From a virus, in IMG/VR virus record IMGVR_UViG_3300005253_000031, positions 26,883 to 90,882 of that record: DNA of 64,000 bases, one strand, 5' to 3'. A model generated the notes under the pieces. The model had not been told where the DNA came from and searched no databases. It saw only the letters and a program-made list of their open reading frames with translations. How positions within the stretch are numbered: position 1 is the stretch's first letter; each line of letters starts with the position of its first letter. The translations under genes and the position numbers were made by a program. Shown here one piece after another: positions 8,814 to 17,601 of the stretch.

Positions 8814-9749
8814 CTATATGTCCAGATCTTCCAGCTTGGTCCATTCCTTGACTTCGTTAAGCGCCACCTCTTCGTCGTCGTGAAGTCCACATAGGACGCT
8901 GTTCTTCTTGGACCCGAACCCGTTCTCCTCCGGATCATGCGTACACGGTGGTACAACCTGCTTGACCCAGTATTCATTTAGGTGGTTCATTCTCTCAAAC
9001 TGGGAGACTATCATGTCCCGCCCCACCTCTAGCGAAATGTAGAAGTCTCGAAACTTACTGTCGTTCTTGTTGTCGAACAACAGAAATCCCTCCTCAACGT
9101 TCTGTGCGTACAAATAGGCGAGAAGCTGAAGGAGATACTTTTTCACCTGTCCCCCGAAGTAGCTGTCGCCGATGTTGCTGAGGTTCTCCAAGTTAGCCAC
9201 AGGATCCAAGGTGCGCTGAGGCAGAAGCTTGAAGCTCCGGTCATTACAGGACTTGATCTCTCCGATCATCCTTCGTCCCCGCTCAAACGGATGCTTGATC
9301 ATGACGTCATACTCATAGCTGAGTTTAGGCGGACCATCAAACTTGGCGCGAACGTTGCTTCCAATCAAGATACCAAACTCAGTAAATCGCTTCTGCCATA
9401 GCTTCTCAATCGCCTGCCCCATCTCAAAGATGCGCTTGACATGCGTGGGAAAGGGCTCTCCCCGGAAGCCCAACAGCCCCAGTATCAACAGGCGGTCACA
9501 GGAGTTTACCATACTCGAGGGAGTCCATCCCTTCTCCGGCTCTCGACCTGGAAGCCACAACGGTCGATTGTCCGTATACTTCTGTGCAATGGACAAGTCT
9601 AACCAGCTTTCCTTGGCCACCGTTCCAACTGTTTTGGCCTTGGAATTTCCCCTTCCCCGGCCTCCTCCCCCTACTCTCTTGTTAACTGCGGGAGTTCTCT
9701 TACTCGTTAAACCCGCCAAACCTCTTCGTGCTTGAGTCATTATTCCCAC
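8814..9749 (-). CDS. PD-(D/E)XK exonuclease, Cas4/RecB-like
   Basis: PSS..SCDR, YEYDVMI...GEIKS, QLLAY, and C-terminal Cys residues. Confidence 0.75.
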   Translation of the reverse strand: MGIMTQARRGLAGLTSKRTPAVNKRVGGGGRGRGNSKAKTVGTVAKESWLDLSIAQKYTDNRPLWLPGREPEKGWTPSSMVNSCDRLLILGLLGFRGEPFPTHVKRIFEMGQAIEKLWQKRFTEFGILIGSNVRAKFDGPPKLSYEYDVMIKHPFERGRRMIGEIKSCNDRSFKLLPQRTLDPVANLENLSNIGDSYFGGQVKKYLLQLLAYLYAQNVEEGFLLFDNKNDSKFRDFYISLEVGRDMIVSQFERMNHLNEYWVKQVVPPCTHDPEENGFGSKKNSVLCGLHDDEEVALNEVKEWTKLEDLDI

Positions 9750-10117
9750 CCCGATTCTCTAGCGTATTCTATGCGTGCCAATGCCGATTGTCTCTCCGGA
9801 TCTAAGACTTCCCATAACAATGCAATTAGTCCGGTTTCTGTATCGCTCCTAGCAGCTAACTCACTGTAGTCCAGGCGATACACGGGCAAGGCATATTTAG
9901 CCATCAAATATGTGTCCCGCCTCTTATCCCGAGTCTCCGAGTGCTGCGGACCATCTGCCTCGAAGGCTATATGTCGGGACCGTACATATATGTCTACTGT
10001 ATAGGGTGAAAATGAAACCTCTTCCTCGAGCTCAAACCCCACCGTCTTCAGCAGTTCCACCAACTTTAGGTGTATCCCCGTCCCCGTCGTCCTCTGACCC
10101 GTCTCCATTATTGGCAT
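9740..10117 (-). CDS. DUF559/Vsr-like endonuclease
   Basis: YTVDIY...IAFEADGPQH...RDKRRDTYL...VYR. Confidence 0.8.
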   Translation of the reverse strand: MPIMETGQRTTGTGIHLKLVELLKTVGFELEEEVSFSPYTVDIYVRSRHIAFEADGPQHSETRDKRRDTYLMAKYALPVYRLDYSELAARSDTETGLIALLWEVLDPERQSALARIEYARESGWE

Positions 10118-10391
10118 GTTTACTCCCTTTTGCTAAAGCAGTGATATCTCGGCCCAGAACATAGTCCTCCCTAATCCGCCTCATTTGCCCAAGTATGTCT
10201 GGCTTATACATCAGCACCTCTGTTCGGTATGCTCTGCCACACTTGCAAAGTGCTGCATAACATGCCCGAGGCGATGGCACGGACTCAGCGTATCCACTCA
10301 AACTAATCAGTTTAGTACATGTACAGCGTATTACCAGTCCATTCTCAGGGGAGAGTTCGACTATATCTTCAGAAGTAAATGGATTAAACAT
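10032..10391 (-). CDS. Hypothetical Zn-ribbon protein
   Basis: CTC...CKCG motifs; start abuts the recA stop. Confidence 0.45.
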   Translation of the reverse strand: MFNPFTSEDIVELSPENGLVIRCTCTKLISLSGYAESVPSPRACYAALCKCGRAYRTEVLMYKPDILGQMRRIREDYVLGRDITALAKGSKHANNGDGSEDDGDGDTPKVGGTAEDGGV

Positions 10392-11425
10392 TACAGCGGC
10401 TCCTCTGTGAATATTGTTTCATCGATCTGACTGTCGTTGGTCTCAACCAGCATCGTAAGCTCCTCTACATCAGCCGGATTCTCCTCGAAGTGCTCCCGCA
10501 ACTTAGCAGCCCCGTGAATGGTCTTTCCCTTCCAATGGGCATATCCACCCTTTCCAACGGGTATGATGTTCAAGTCCTTGGCCAGCTCCAACAGTCCAAC
10601 GAGAGTATCAATAGTCCCTGTAAACATAAACGGAAACTGGCACTCCTGCTCGGGCGGGGCCAGCTTATTCTTAATAGTACGTATATTCAAGTTATAGCCT
10701 ACCTTGCGGCCGTTATCCTCTACCCAGCCCGCTCGTCGAACCTTCAAGATGTACGAGGCGTAGAACTTCTGAGCCCGACCTCCAGGTATCTCGTCCGGGC
10801 TTCCATACACTATACCCAACTTGCTGCGTAGCTGGTTAGTACAGAGGATAAAGCTATCCCAGTTCCGGTTAGTCAGTTGCGCCAATCCTTCGCCAACCTT
10901 GCGAGCGTGCAAACCCATGACGTCCTTTTCCTCCAAGTCATGCTCCAGTCGGTACACGGGCACCAAGGCAGCTAAACTATCTATACCTATAAAATCCATG
11001 CCGTTCGCCGCCCAGTCGCAAGCTAGATCAAACGCCTGCTCGGTACTGGTGGGCCTAACCACAAGTAGTTCCGAGGTGTTCACTCCAGTCTTCTCGAACC
11101 ACTCGGCATCAAATGTCTTCTCGGGATCAATAAATCCGCAAACATAACCCTTTTGCTGAAAGGCCCTAATGGTCCATTGCATTATCAGAGTCTTCCCCAT
11201 TGACGCCTCACCAATCACCATTCCCATACGGCCTCGACGCCAGCCCCCCGCCAGTATGTCGTCCAGTCCCGGGATGTCGGTCTCAATGGTCTCCATATGA
11301 AGCTTGGGATCATCCCCCATTAGGCCCCGCTTCGCTCCAACTCGCGCCTTTGTAATATCCATAAGCTTGGCTCGACGTTCTGAGGCAGTGTCTAAAAGCT
11401 CGGATTCATCTTTCTTTCTACTCAT
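10391..11425 (-). CDS. recA: RecA-family recombinase
   Basis: GEASMGKT Walker A, FIDPEKTFD, IDSLAALVP, NQLRSKLGIVYGSPDEIPGGRAQKFYAS, KNKLAPP. Confidence 0.95.
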   Translation of the reverse strand: MSRKKDESELLDTASERRAKLMDITKARVGAKRGLMGDDPKLHMETIETDIPGLDDILAGGWRRGRMGMVIGEASMGKTLIMQWTIRAFQQKGYVCGFIDPEKTFDAEWFEKTGVNTSELLVVRPTSTEQAFDLACDWAANGMDFIGIDSLAALVPVYRLEHDLEEKDVMGLHARKVGEGLAQLTNRNWDSFILCTNQLRSKLGIVYGSPDEIPGGRAQKFYASYILKVRRAGWVEDNGRKVGYNLNIRTIKNKLAPPEQECQFPFMFTGTIDTLVGLLELAKDLNIIPVGKGGYAHWKGKTIHGAAKLREHFEENPADVEELTMLVETNDSQIDETIFTEEPL

Positions 11426-13407
11426 GCAGCTATCACCTCGATTTTCCTAGGCTCAGCCCAGCTAGGCTCTCCGATAGATACCTCAACGGGCAGGAATGTA
11501 CCAATCTGGCGTTCCTCCATAATACGCTTTAACTCCGGAATCACGAACTCCTCCTCCTCGTAGGGCACCTCAAAGATTATCTCGTCGTGCACCTGGACCA
11601 ACATTCGTGTCTTCAACCCATTCTCTAACAACCAGTCTCGAGCGGCCACCATACGGTTCTTAACGATGTCAGCACTGGAACCCTGTACTAAGTAGTTCAC
11701 TCCAATGTAGGCTCTGTCGGGATCAATCCAATAACGACGACCAAAGCGGTTCTTTATCCATCCGCGCACTTCCACGGTTTTACACACTAAGTCAATGAAG
11801 GTGTACGCCTTCGGAAAACGGGAGAAGTATTCCGCTTTATAGGTCTTGGCTTCCTCCAGCGTCTTCTGGATCTGAGAAGCCAGCTTTTTCATCCCGATGC
11901 CGTAGATCAATCCGAAGTTAATTGCCTTGGCCAGAGTACGATAGAAGGCCCATAAGTCACTACTCTCATCTACACTCCATACCGTCTTAGCGACGTGGCT
12001 GTGAAAGTCAAACTTCGGATCTTCTAACAAAGCCGACAATCCCTCGTCCTTAATGTAGTCGGAGAAAACCCGCATTTCCATCTGGCTGTAGTCAATCAAG
12101 ACCATCCTGCATCCCTCTCGAGGAATATACAGTCTACGAACTGAGACCAAGGCATCGTTAGCGTTATCGAACTTACTGCCTATGGCTTTTGTGCCCCCAT
12201 AAGTGAGTCCACCTGCCATGCTTCCCCCAACCTTCGTCATGTCCACGCCTTCCTTAGCTCCCATCGCCGCGGACAACGCTGCAAGCACCTCATCCGAGGT
12301 ATCATTACCACTTAAGTTGGAAATGTTCTTAGCAACGTTTTGCAAGTTGGGGTCCGAACACGCTAAGCGTCCAGTAACAGTACCCCAATTCTTAAATGAC
12401 GGATGCACCGCCCCGGGCCACTCTAGGATAGGCTCAAAGTAGGAGTTTAACAGCTTCTTAGTTCCCCTATACTCCAGTATCAATCCGGCGACGGGATGGT
12501 CTATAGCCATCATAGCGCCAACACCCCAGGACGGGGCCCCTGTCTTTATGGACTTAACGGTGGACTTCAATCCAAGATTTGCCATAACGTCGCCGAGTTG
12601 CTTCGAGCTACCAATGTTGAACGTAGTGTCCGTTTCGCGGTAAATATCCTGTTCAAGTTCCTTAATGCGCTCTCCCAGGGGCCCCACTTTGGACTCGGCG
12701 TATTCTTTGTCATAAGCGATTCCCAAGGACTCCATTTCCCATAGAGTCCGCGTCAACTCCTGCTCCTGCTCCCATATGTAGACTTGATTCGTATCCTCAA
12801 TCCGCTGTTCATAAATGTCAAGTAGGTCCTCAGCATACCCGCAATCATCTTCACAGTATGGCGCTATCTTGTCTATGGGAGCATAGTCAAAATGCTTGCT
12901 CCACTTGTTCTTCCTAAGATACGCCTTAAACTCCGCGTCATACGCCGCCTTATCCTCCCCCAGAAGCATCGCAGTCTGCCCCTTCAATGACAGGTCCGAA
13001 TACTTATCCTTGTTGCACATCCGCGCAGCCACTATTACGTCAATCAACTGGTGGTCTTCACGGGGACGAAATCCATCCTGCCACATCATGGCTAGATCAA
13101 ACTTGAGGTTCCATCCTATCAGCTTAGGTACCTTGTCGAACGCCTCCCATAGAGCTGGAAGCGTAACCAGTTCGAGGTTTTCCGCTACCAACTCATGCTC
13201 CGAGTCCTTGGCCCCGTTGCGATGTCGGTACGGAATATAGTACGACTTGAGATCTTCGCCCTCATGCCAAGCCAGTCCAATGCCGCAGAGTCGATCCTGC
13301 TTCCAGGGCTCTAGACCCGTGGTTTCCGTATCAATGACTACTCGCGGTTGTTGCGCTACTTCAACTAGAAGTTCCTGTAGCTCGACGGCGGTTTTAATAA
13401 CTGCCAT
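11422..13407 (-). CDS. polA: Family A DNA polymerase with 3'-5' exonuclease
   Basis: DTETTGL (ExoI), NLKFD (ExoII), TVTGRLACSDPNLQN, DYSQMEMRV (motif A), KAINFGLIYG (motif B), VHDE (motif C). Confidence 0.95.
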   Translation of the reverse strand: MAVIKTAVELQELLVEVAQQPRVVIDTETTGLEPWKQDRLCGIGLAWHEGEDLKSYYIPYRHRNGAKDSEHELVAENLELVTLPALWEAFDKVPKLIGWNLKFDLAMMWQDGFRPREDHQLIDVIVAARMCNKDKYSDLSLKGQTAMLLGEDKAAYDAEFKAYLRKNKWSKHFDYAPIDKIAPYCEDDCGYAEDLLDIYEQRIEDTNQVYIWEQEQELTRTLWEMESLGIAYDKEYAESKVGPLGERIKELEQDIYRETDTTFNIGSSKQLGDVMANLGLKSTVKSIKTGAPSWGVGAMMAIDHPVAGLILEYRGTKKLLNSYFEPILEWPGAVHPSFKNWGTVTGRLACSDPNLQNVAKNISNLSGNDTSDEVLAALSAAMGAKEGVDMTKVGGSMAGGLTYGGTKAIGSKFDNANDALVSVRRLYIPREGCRMVLIDYSQMEMRVFSDYIKDEGLSALLEDPKFDFHSHVAKTVWSVDESSDLWAFYRTLAKAINFGLIYGIGMKKLASQIQKTLEEAKTYKAEYFSRFPKAYTFIDLVCKTVEVRGWIKNRFGRRYWIDPDRAYIGVNYLVQGSSADIVKNRMVAARDWLLENGLKTRMLVQVHDEIIFEVPYEEEEFVIPELKRIMEERQIGTFLPVEVSIGEPSWAEPRKIEVIAA

Positions 13408-13813
13408 ATACTTTATCCCTTATCTCCGCGATACTGTCGTTTATATGCTGTTCAGTATTAACTATGTGAATCTGTTGTATGGCGGTATAACGGGTAAAAT
13501 ACTGGCCAAATAGATAATCTGCCCGGGACAAATCCTCCACATTATCATCATCCTTAAGTCTACAACGCTCCAACGCTGTCTCCGAACTACATCTCAACCA
13601 GACAACGTGGACGTCGTGCTCAACCATAATGGCCCTATTCATTACCTCATAGTCCACGTTCGTTCTGCTGTACAGTTGATTGTAGACCCAACAGGACGGG
13701 GTAAATCTCGCCACAGATAAGTCCGCATAGTTGGATAGCTTTCCCACTGGATGCAGCAAAGCGGTTTTCCCTGCTCCCGAGATGCCCTCCAAGATAATGA
13801 ACTTAGGCTTCAT
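13394..13813 (-). CDS. P-loop nucleoside monophosphate kinase (dNMP kinase-like)
   Basis: IILEGISGAGKT; ARFTPSCWVY in place of DRxxxS; lid-like ALERCRLK. Confidence 0.75.
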   Translation of the reverse strand: MKPKFIILEGISGAGKTALLHPVGKLSNYADLSVARFTPSCWVYNQLYSRTNVDYEVMNRAIMVEHDVHVVWLRCSSETALERCRLKDDDNVEDLSRADYLFGQYFTRYTAIQQIHIVNTEQHINDSIAEIRDKVYGSY

Positions 13814-14721
13814 AGGTTAACTCCTACGTTCCCACGGAATTTGTAATACTCCGTCAACGTAATGCGATCCCGTGCTTCCCACTCCGGATAAAAGCGCAGT
13901 AACTTCCTGTAGTCATGCCGCTGGTTTTGCTTGTAGTCTACGTCGAGGAGAAACCTCAGGCGACCATCAACAGCGATTATCTCATCTCGAGAAACGTCTA
14001 TGAAGCGTTGATTGTGCATGGCCCCAACGGTAATCCGGGAGCCCCAGGCAGGCTTCTCAATGATACGCTGCATCAGCCACACAAAGTCCGAGATATGCGT
14101 GTAGTCCTTAATCCACTGGGGATCAATCCGCGCCTCACAACTGGGAAAATCCCTGTCATTCAGCAACTTAACCAGCAAGTCGGGAATTGACTCCGAGCGG
14201 TTAGCTGCAAACGTTCCAATGTTTCCGTAGAGGAACACGGGCTCAATGGTCATGTACTTTCCAACACACTGCGCCTCCAGTAAATGCAGTTGTAGCATTT
14301 TAGTTATCCCGTAGGTTGTCTTAGGAGCCATCAGCGAATACTCGTCAATAGGCTTTGTACTTACATCCGAGTGATAGTACGCCGTTGTCCCAAAGTGAAT
14401 GAGGGGCGTCTGCGACTCGTTAGCCACCTTAATCACATTTCTCATCCCGGTGACGTTACTGCGGATGGCGCTCTCTACGTCCTGGTCCACGTAGTCGGAG
14501 CCCTTGCGTGCCGCCAAGTGAATGATCAAGTCGGGAGAGGTCTCAAACACAGTTTCAGATAGTTCCTCATAGTCAGCCACATCTACCGTAGCTCCGTTGT
14601 CGTACTCGCTCTGCCACCCCCCCGTATTAAACTCAGGGACTATGTCATATCCGACCCCTCTGAGATACCTACTCAGGTTCGTGCCAATAAAGCCGTGAAT
14701 CCCTGTAATGAAGATCTTCAT
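13810..14721 (-). CDS. NAD-dependent nucleotide-sugar epimerase/dehydratase (extended SDR)
   Basis: MKIFITGIHGFIG Rossmann motif, IIHLAA, YGITK (YxxxK), DYTHISD; start at 14721 behind GGAGG. Confidence 0.9.
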   Translation of the reverse strand: MKIFITGIHGFIGTNLSRYLRGVGYDIVPEFNTGGWQSEYDNGATVDVADYEELSETVFETSPDLIIHLAARKGSDYVDQDVESAIRSNVTGMRNVIKVANESQTPLIHFGTTAYYHSDVSTKPIDEYSLMAPKTTYGITKMLQLHLLEAQCVGKYMTIEPVFLYGNIGTFAANRSESIPDLLVKLLNDRDFPSCEARIDPQWIKDYTHISDFVWLMQRIIEKPAWGSRITVGAMHNQRFIDVSRDEIIAVDGRLRFLLDVDYKQNQRHDYRKLLRFYPEWEARDRITLTEYYKFRGNVGVNL

Positions 14722-14741
14722 GTTCCCTCCGTATGTATACA

Positions 14742-15161
14742 TTATATCGTCAAATACAGATGCCACGACCCAATTGTGGCCTCCAAGCAGTCCGCGCCAT
14801 ATCTCGCTGCTATCCTCCCCAGGAACCCAATGTCGCTGGGAAACCGCTTGAGATCTGATGAGCGGATATAGGCCAGCATTGTGGTTTGCGACGGGCGAAC
14901 CAGTAGCTGCATCATCGTGATGCAATCATGCGGGGAACTCCATGCCATATAGGCTTTGCGCGTTCCAGTTCCCCCATAAGACGTCTCTCGAAATACAGCG
15001 TCTCGGAACTGCTTTTCCTTCCGGTCGTAATACTCCGTCTCATCGTCTAAAACCGTATTTAGAGCAACACGTTCTATCTCTGACTTGTTCAGTGTTATGA
15101 CGTTGTTTCCAACGTGCTCTAGTACCAGTTTATCGGCGGAATCCCACTCTACTGACCACAT
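14742..15161 (-). CDS. Minimal thymidylate-synthase-fold enzyme, predicted dCMP-specific
   Basis: RKAY...HDCITMMQ (catalytic Cys), YIRSSD, FPSD (Asp at the position of TS Asn177), IGSWHLY. Confidence 0.75.
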   Translation of the reverse strand: MWSVEWDSADKLVLEHVGNNVITLNKSEIERVALNTVLDDETEYYDRKEKQFRDAVFRETSYGGTGTRKAYMAWSSPHDCITMMQLLVRPSQTTMLAYIRSSDLKRFPSDIGFLGRIAARYGADCLEATIGSWHLYLTI

Positions 15162-16130
15162 CTAGTCCTCCAGGAAGTAGGCTCGATCGCTCGAGTCCAA
15201 CTGGGCCAACGTTATCTCGGGGTCCGGCATCTCTTCGTTGCCCCGGGGAATGTGCATACCCAACTGGCCCATGATGGTCTCGCGATCCGTACAGGCTGTG
15301 TTAAACGTGTACTTGTCTCCAGTCTGCTCGCAGGGCCAACGTCCGGAACACTGGAACAAGTTGTGAAACGACTCCCCTATTTGATCCCCATGCTCCAAAC
15401 AGCGTCGAGCATGGTCGCTTGCCGGGCGCAGGTATGACGCCAACAGTGGGAAGCGAATCCTAATCTCACGCCTCATTAGCCATGCCGTGGCCACCGTATC
15501 TGCTTGCTCCGAAAACATGAGACGCTTGGACATGAAGTTCTGTAACGCCATGTAGTTGATGCCCATACTCCAGCGATGGCATGCGCTTATGGGCAGTACA
15601 GCCCGTGCATCCTGCCAGTTGGACTGGCCCGTCGCCAGCTCATCGACGTAGGCATCCTTAGCTACCTTACACGCCTGCATGAAACGTATGAGTCGATCCC
15701 CGTCCTGGTAAATGCTCTCCGGAACGCGGAACCCTATATTGCTGTGGTTGTTGTCCCGCCAGCCCATGGATCCAAACACCGCCCCAATCCTAGCGCGTGC
15801 AATCTGATCAAAGGCGCTGCGCGACGGCCCCGCTATCTCAAATGTAAAGCTGGGAGCTTCCATAGCGTTAGGCAGAGACTTACGATTTAACACCGCCTTA
15901 ACCACAAACAGCCTTGCCTCCGGCTCTGCTTCAGCCCACTTGTAGGTTTGGTACACTCCACCCCATGTAGACGTTGCAATGGTAAACATAGCCTTGTAAG
16001 GATTAGCCGGCCAGTCAATCAACCGGACGTCTATGTCCTCGACCCCCCGATGAAACTCGGTATCCGTATCGGGGGCCTCTTGGGGCATGGTCTTAATCCA
16101 CTCTCGTAACGCCCTGTCTTCCTCATTCAT
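15162..16130 (-). CDS. ThyX-like flavoprotein with non-canonical active site
   Basis: E.PSFTFEIAGPSRSAFDQIARAR, QDARAVLP, INYMALQNFMSKR; RHR motif is RAR; start MNEEDR at 16130. Confidence 0.8.
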   Translation of the reverse strand: MNEEDRALREWIKTMPQEAPDTDTEFHRGVEDIDVRLIDWPANPYKAMFTIATSTWGGVYQTYKWAEAEPEARLFVVKAVLNRKSLPNAMEAPSFTFEIAGPSRSAFDQIARARIGAVFGSMGWRDNNHSNIGFRVPESIYQDGDRLIRFMQACKVAKDAYVDELATGQSNWQDARAVLPISACHRWSMGINYMALQNFMSKRLMFSEQADTVATAWLMRREIRIRFPLLASYLRPASDHARRCLEHGDQIGESFHNLFQCSGRWPCEQTGDKYTFNTACTDRETIMGQLGMHIPRGNEEMPDPEITLAQLDSSDRAYFLED

Positions 16131-16260
16131 AGAACGTTTCTCCCTTCTCGGCCCTCTTAAACTGCTTACAGTCGCACTCTTTGCACTCTCCGGAGTATTC
16201 AACGTGAGTTCGACGTCTCTCCCCGCAGGTGCATATGTGATATCGTCCTCGTCTACTCAT
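16123..16260 (-). CDS. Small Zn-finger protein
   Basis: MSRRGRYHICTCGERRRTH...CKECDCKQF. Confidence 0.5.
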   Translation of the reverse strand: MSRRGRYHICTCGERRRTHVEYSGECKECDCKQFKRAEKGETFYE

Positions 16261-16273
16261 TGAGACTTCTCTC

Positions 16274-16615
16274 CTATATACTGAAGGATGTTCCGCATCC
16301 ACACATAGTTTTCGCATTGGGATTGTTGAAAATGAAACCCCTACCGTTTAAGCCCTCAGAATACTCTAGCGTAGTACCCGCCAAAAAGACATAGGACTTC
16401 TTATCAATGTATAAATTAACACTATGTCCCCGTATAACCTTGTCATCTGGGAGCGGAATCTCAGCGAGTTCAAGAACATACGTGAGACCAGCACATCCAC
16501 CACCCTTGACTCCAACTCGTAGATGGGCGTTGGGTTTTCCCTCCACCTCTCTAAACTGTTGAACACGGGCACTTGCCTCTTCGCTAATTGTAATCGTTAA
16601 AGGCTCAGGCATCAT
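16274..16615 (-). CDS. iscA: A-type Fe-S cluster carrier (IscA/HesB family)
   Basis: LRVGVKGGGCAGLTY and FNNPNAKTMCGCGTSF; ATG overlaps the upstream stop (ATGA). Confidence 0.93.
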   Translation of the reverse strand: MMPEPLTITISEEASARVQQFREVEGKPNAHLRVGVKGGGCAGLTYVLELAEIPLPDDKVIRGHSVNLYIDKKSYVFLAGTTLEYSEGLNGRGFIFNNPNAKTMCGCGTSFSI

Positions 16616-17601
16616 ACTGCTCCTATAGGTGAATCGTTGGGTCCCGTCGCATATCGCGTGTCGTCCCACTTCTTCAGTTTCTCATGACGTTCCCTAATAT
16701 ACGCAGTCACCTCACGGAGGTCTGTCTCCTGGGTAACGTAGAAGGCTGCTATACCCTGACTGCGAAAATCCGAGACGATTCCCTCATTGTCGTCAATCAC
16801 CACGTCAACCTTGGGCAGTATGTCCTTTAGATACACGAGCTTATCCGCCACGTCGACACAGTGTAGGTAATCGTACTCCAGGTTGTTAATCTCGAGCCAG
16901 ACCATGGTATCGTAAAACAGAGATGGATAGGTTTTCACCGGGCGGTTGGTAGCTATCACCACGAAGTAGTCTAGCTTCTGCAAAGTAAACAGTAGGTCCT
17001 TGGCATACGCCCGTACCCCCAAACGTCTCTTAGCCCCAGAGCGTCTGTATTCGTCTTTCCACTCTCCCCAAACCAGGGGCCTCTCTTGTTTAGCCGCAAG
17101 TATCTTGCGTATGTCCTCGTCCGGATATTCCTTCAACACCCACTCTCGGAAACAGTTGGGATACGTGTTCAGTACCCCGTCAATATCTACAACCGCAACT
17201 TTGGTAGCAGCTAGCAGTTGGTCGTGTACCTCCCCCTTCTCCTGTTTCCATCGAAAGTCAACTACCTTGGACTTCTCGACAAAAGCATTGTGTAGCTCTC
17301 CCTTTGAGATGCTCCACTGCTGCATCCAACCCCAGAGAAACTTCTGTAGGTCTACGAACTCCTCCATCATGGCGGCTCGATTGAACCCCGTCTTGGCCAC
17401 ACGGTGACGCTTCCAGTTGAACGTATTGAGAACCTCCGGAATCTCGCCCACTATTTGAAGCGCATACTCCTTGGACTCCTCTACACGTTCAGAGTCTTCC
17501 AACAAAGCAAGAGACTTCCCGTTAAAGTGCATACACACCATCTCGGCGAACTTTTGCTGTAGGTCCCACAGATCATTTAGATTTTCACTCACAGCAACCA
17601 C
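16612..17601 (-). CDS. Fusion of all-alpha (dimeric dUTPase/dCTPase-like) NTP pyrophosphatase and HAD 5'-nucleotidase-like domain
   Basis: N-terminal GEIPEVLNTFNWKRH...EEFVDLQKF; C-terminal VVDIDGVL, ATNRP, K, VIDD HAD motifs. Confidence 0.82.
   Translation of the reverse strand: MVAVSENLNDLWDLQQKFAEMVCMHFNGKSLALLEDSERVEESKEYALQIVGEIPEVLNTFNWKRHRVAKTGFNRAAMMEEFVDLQKFLWGWMQQWSISKGELHNAFVEKSKVVDFRWKQEKGEVHDQLLAATKVAVVDIDGVLNTYPNCFREWVLKEYPDEDIRKILAAKQERPLVWGEWKDEYRRSGAKRRLGVRAYAKDLLFTLQKLDYFVVIATNRPVKTYPSLFYDTMVWLEINNLEYDYLHCVDVADKLVYLKDILPKVDVVIDDNEGIVSDFRSQGIAAFYVTQETDLREVTAYIRERHEKLKKWDDTRYATGPNDSPIGAV

Noticed and set aside
8814-9749. CRISPR-Cas locus because of the Cas4-like nuclease
   Set aside because: No repeat-spacer array or other cas genes seen; stand-alone Cas4-like nucleases are common in phage recombination blocks
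15162-16130. Assigning the symbol thyX as a normal thymidylate synthase
   Set aside because: The signature His and Ser are substituted, so function is uncertain
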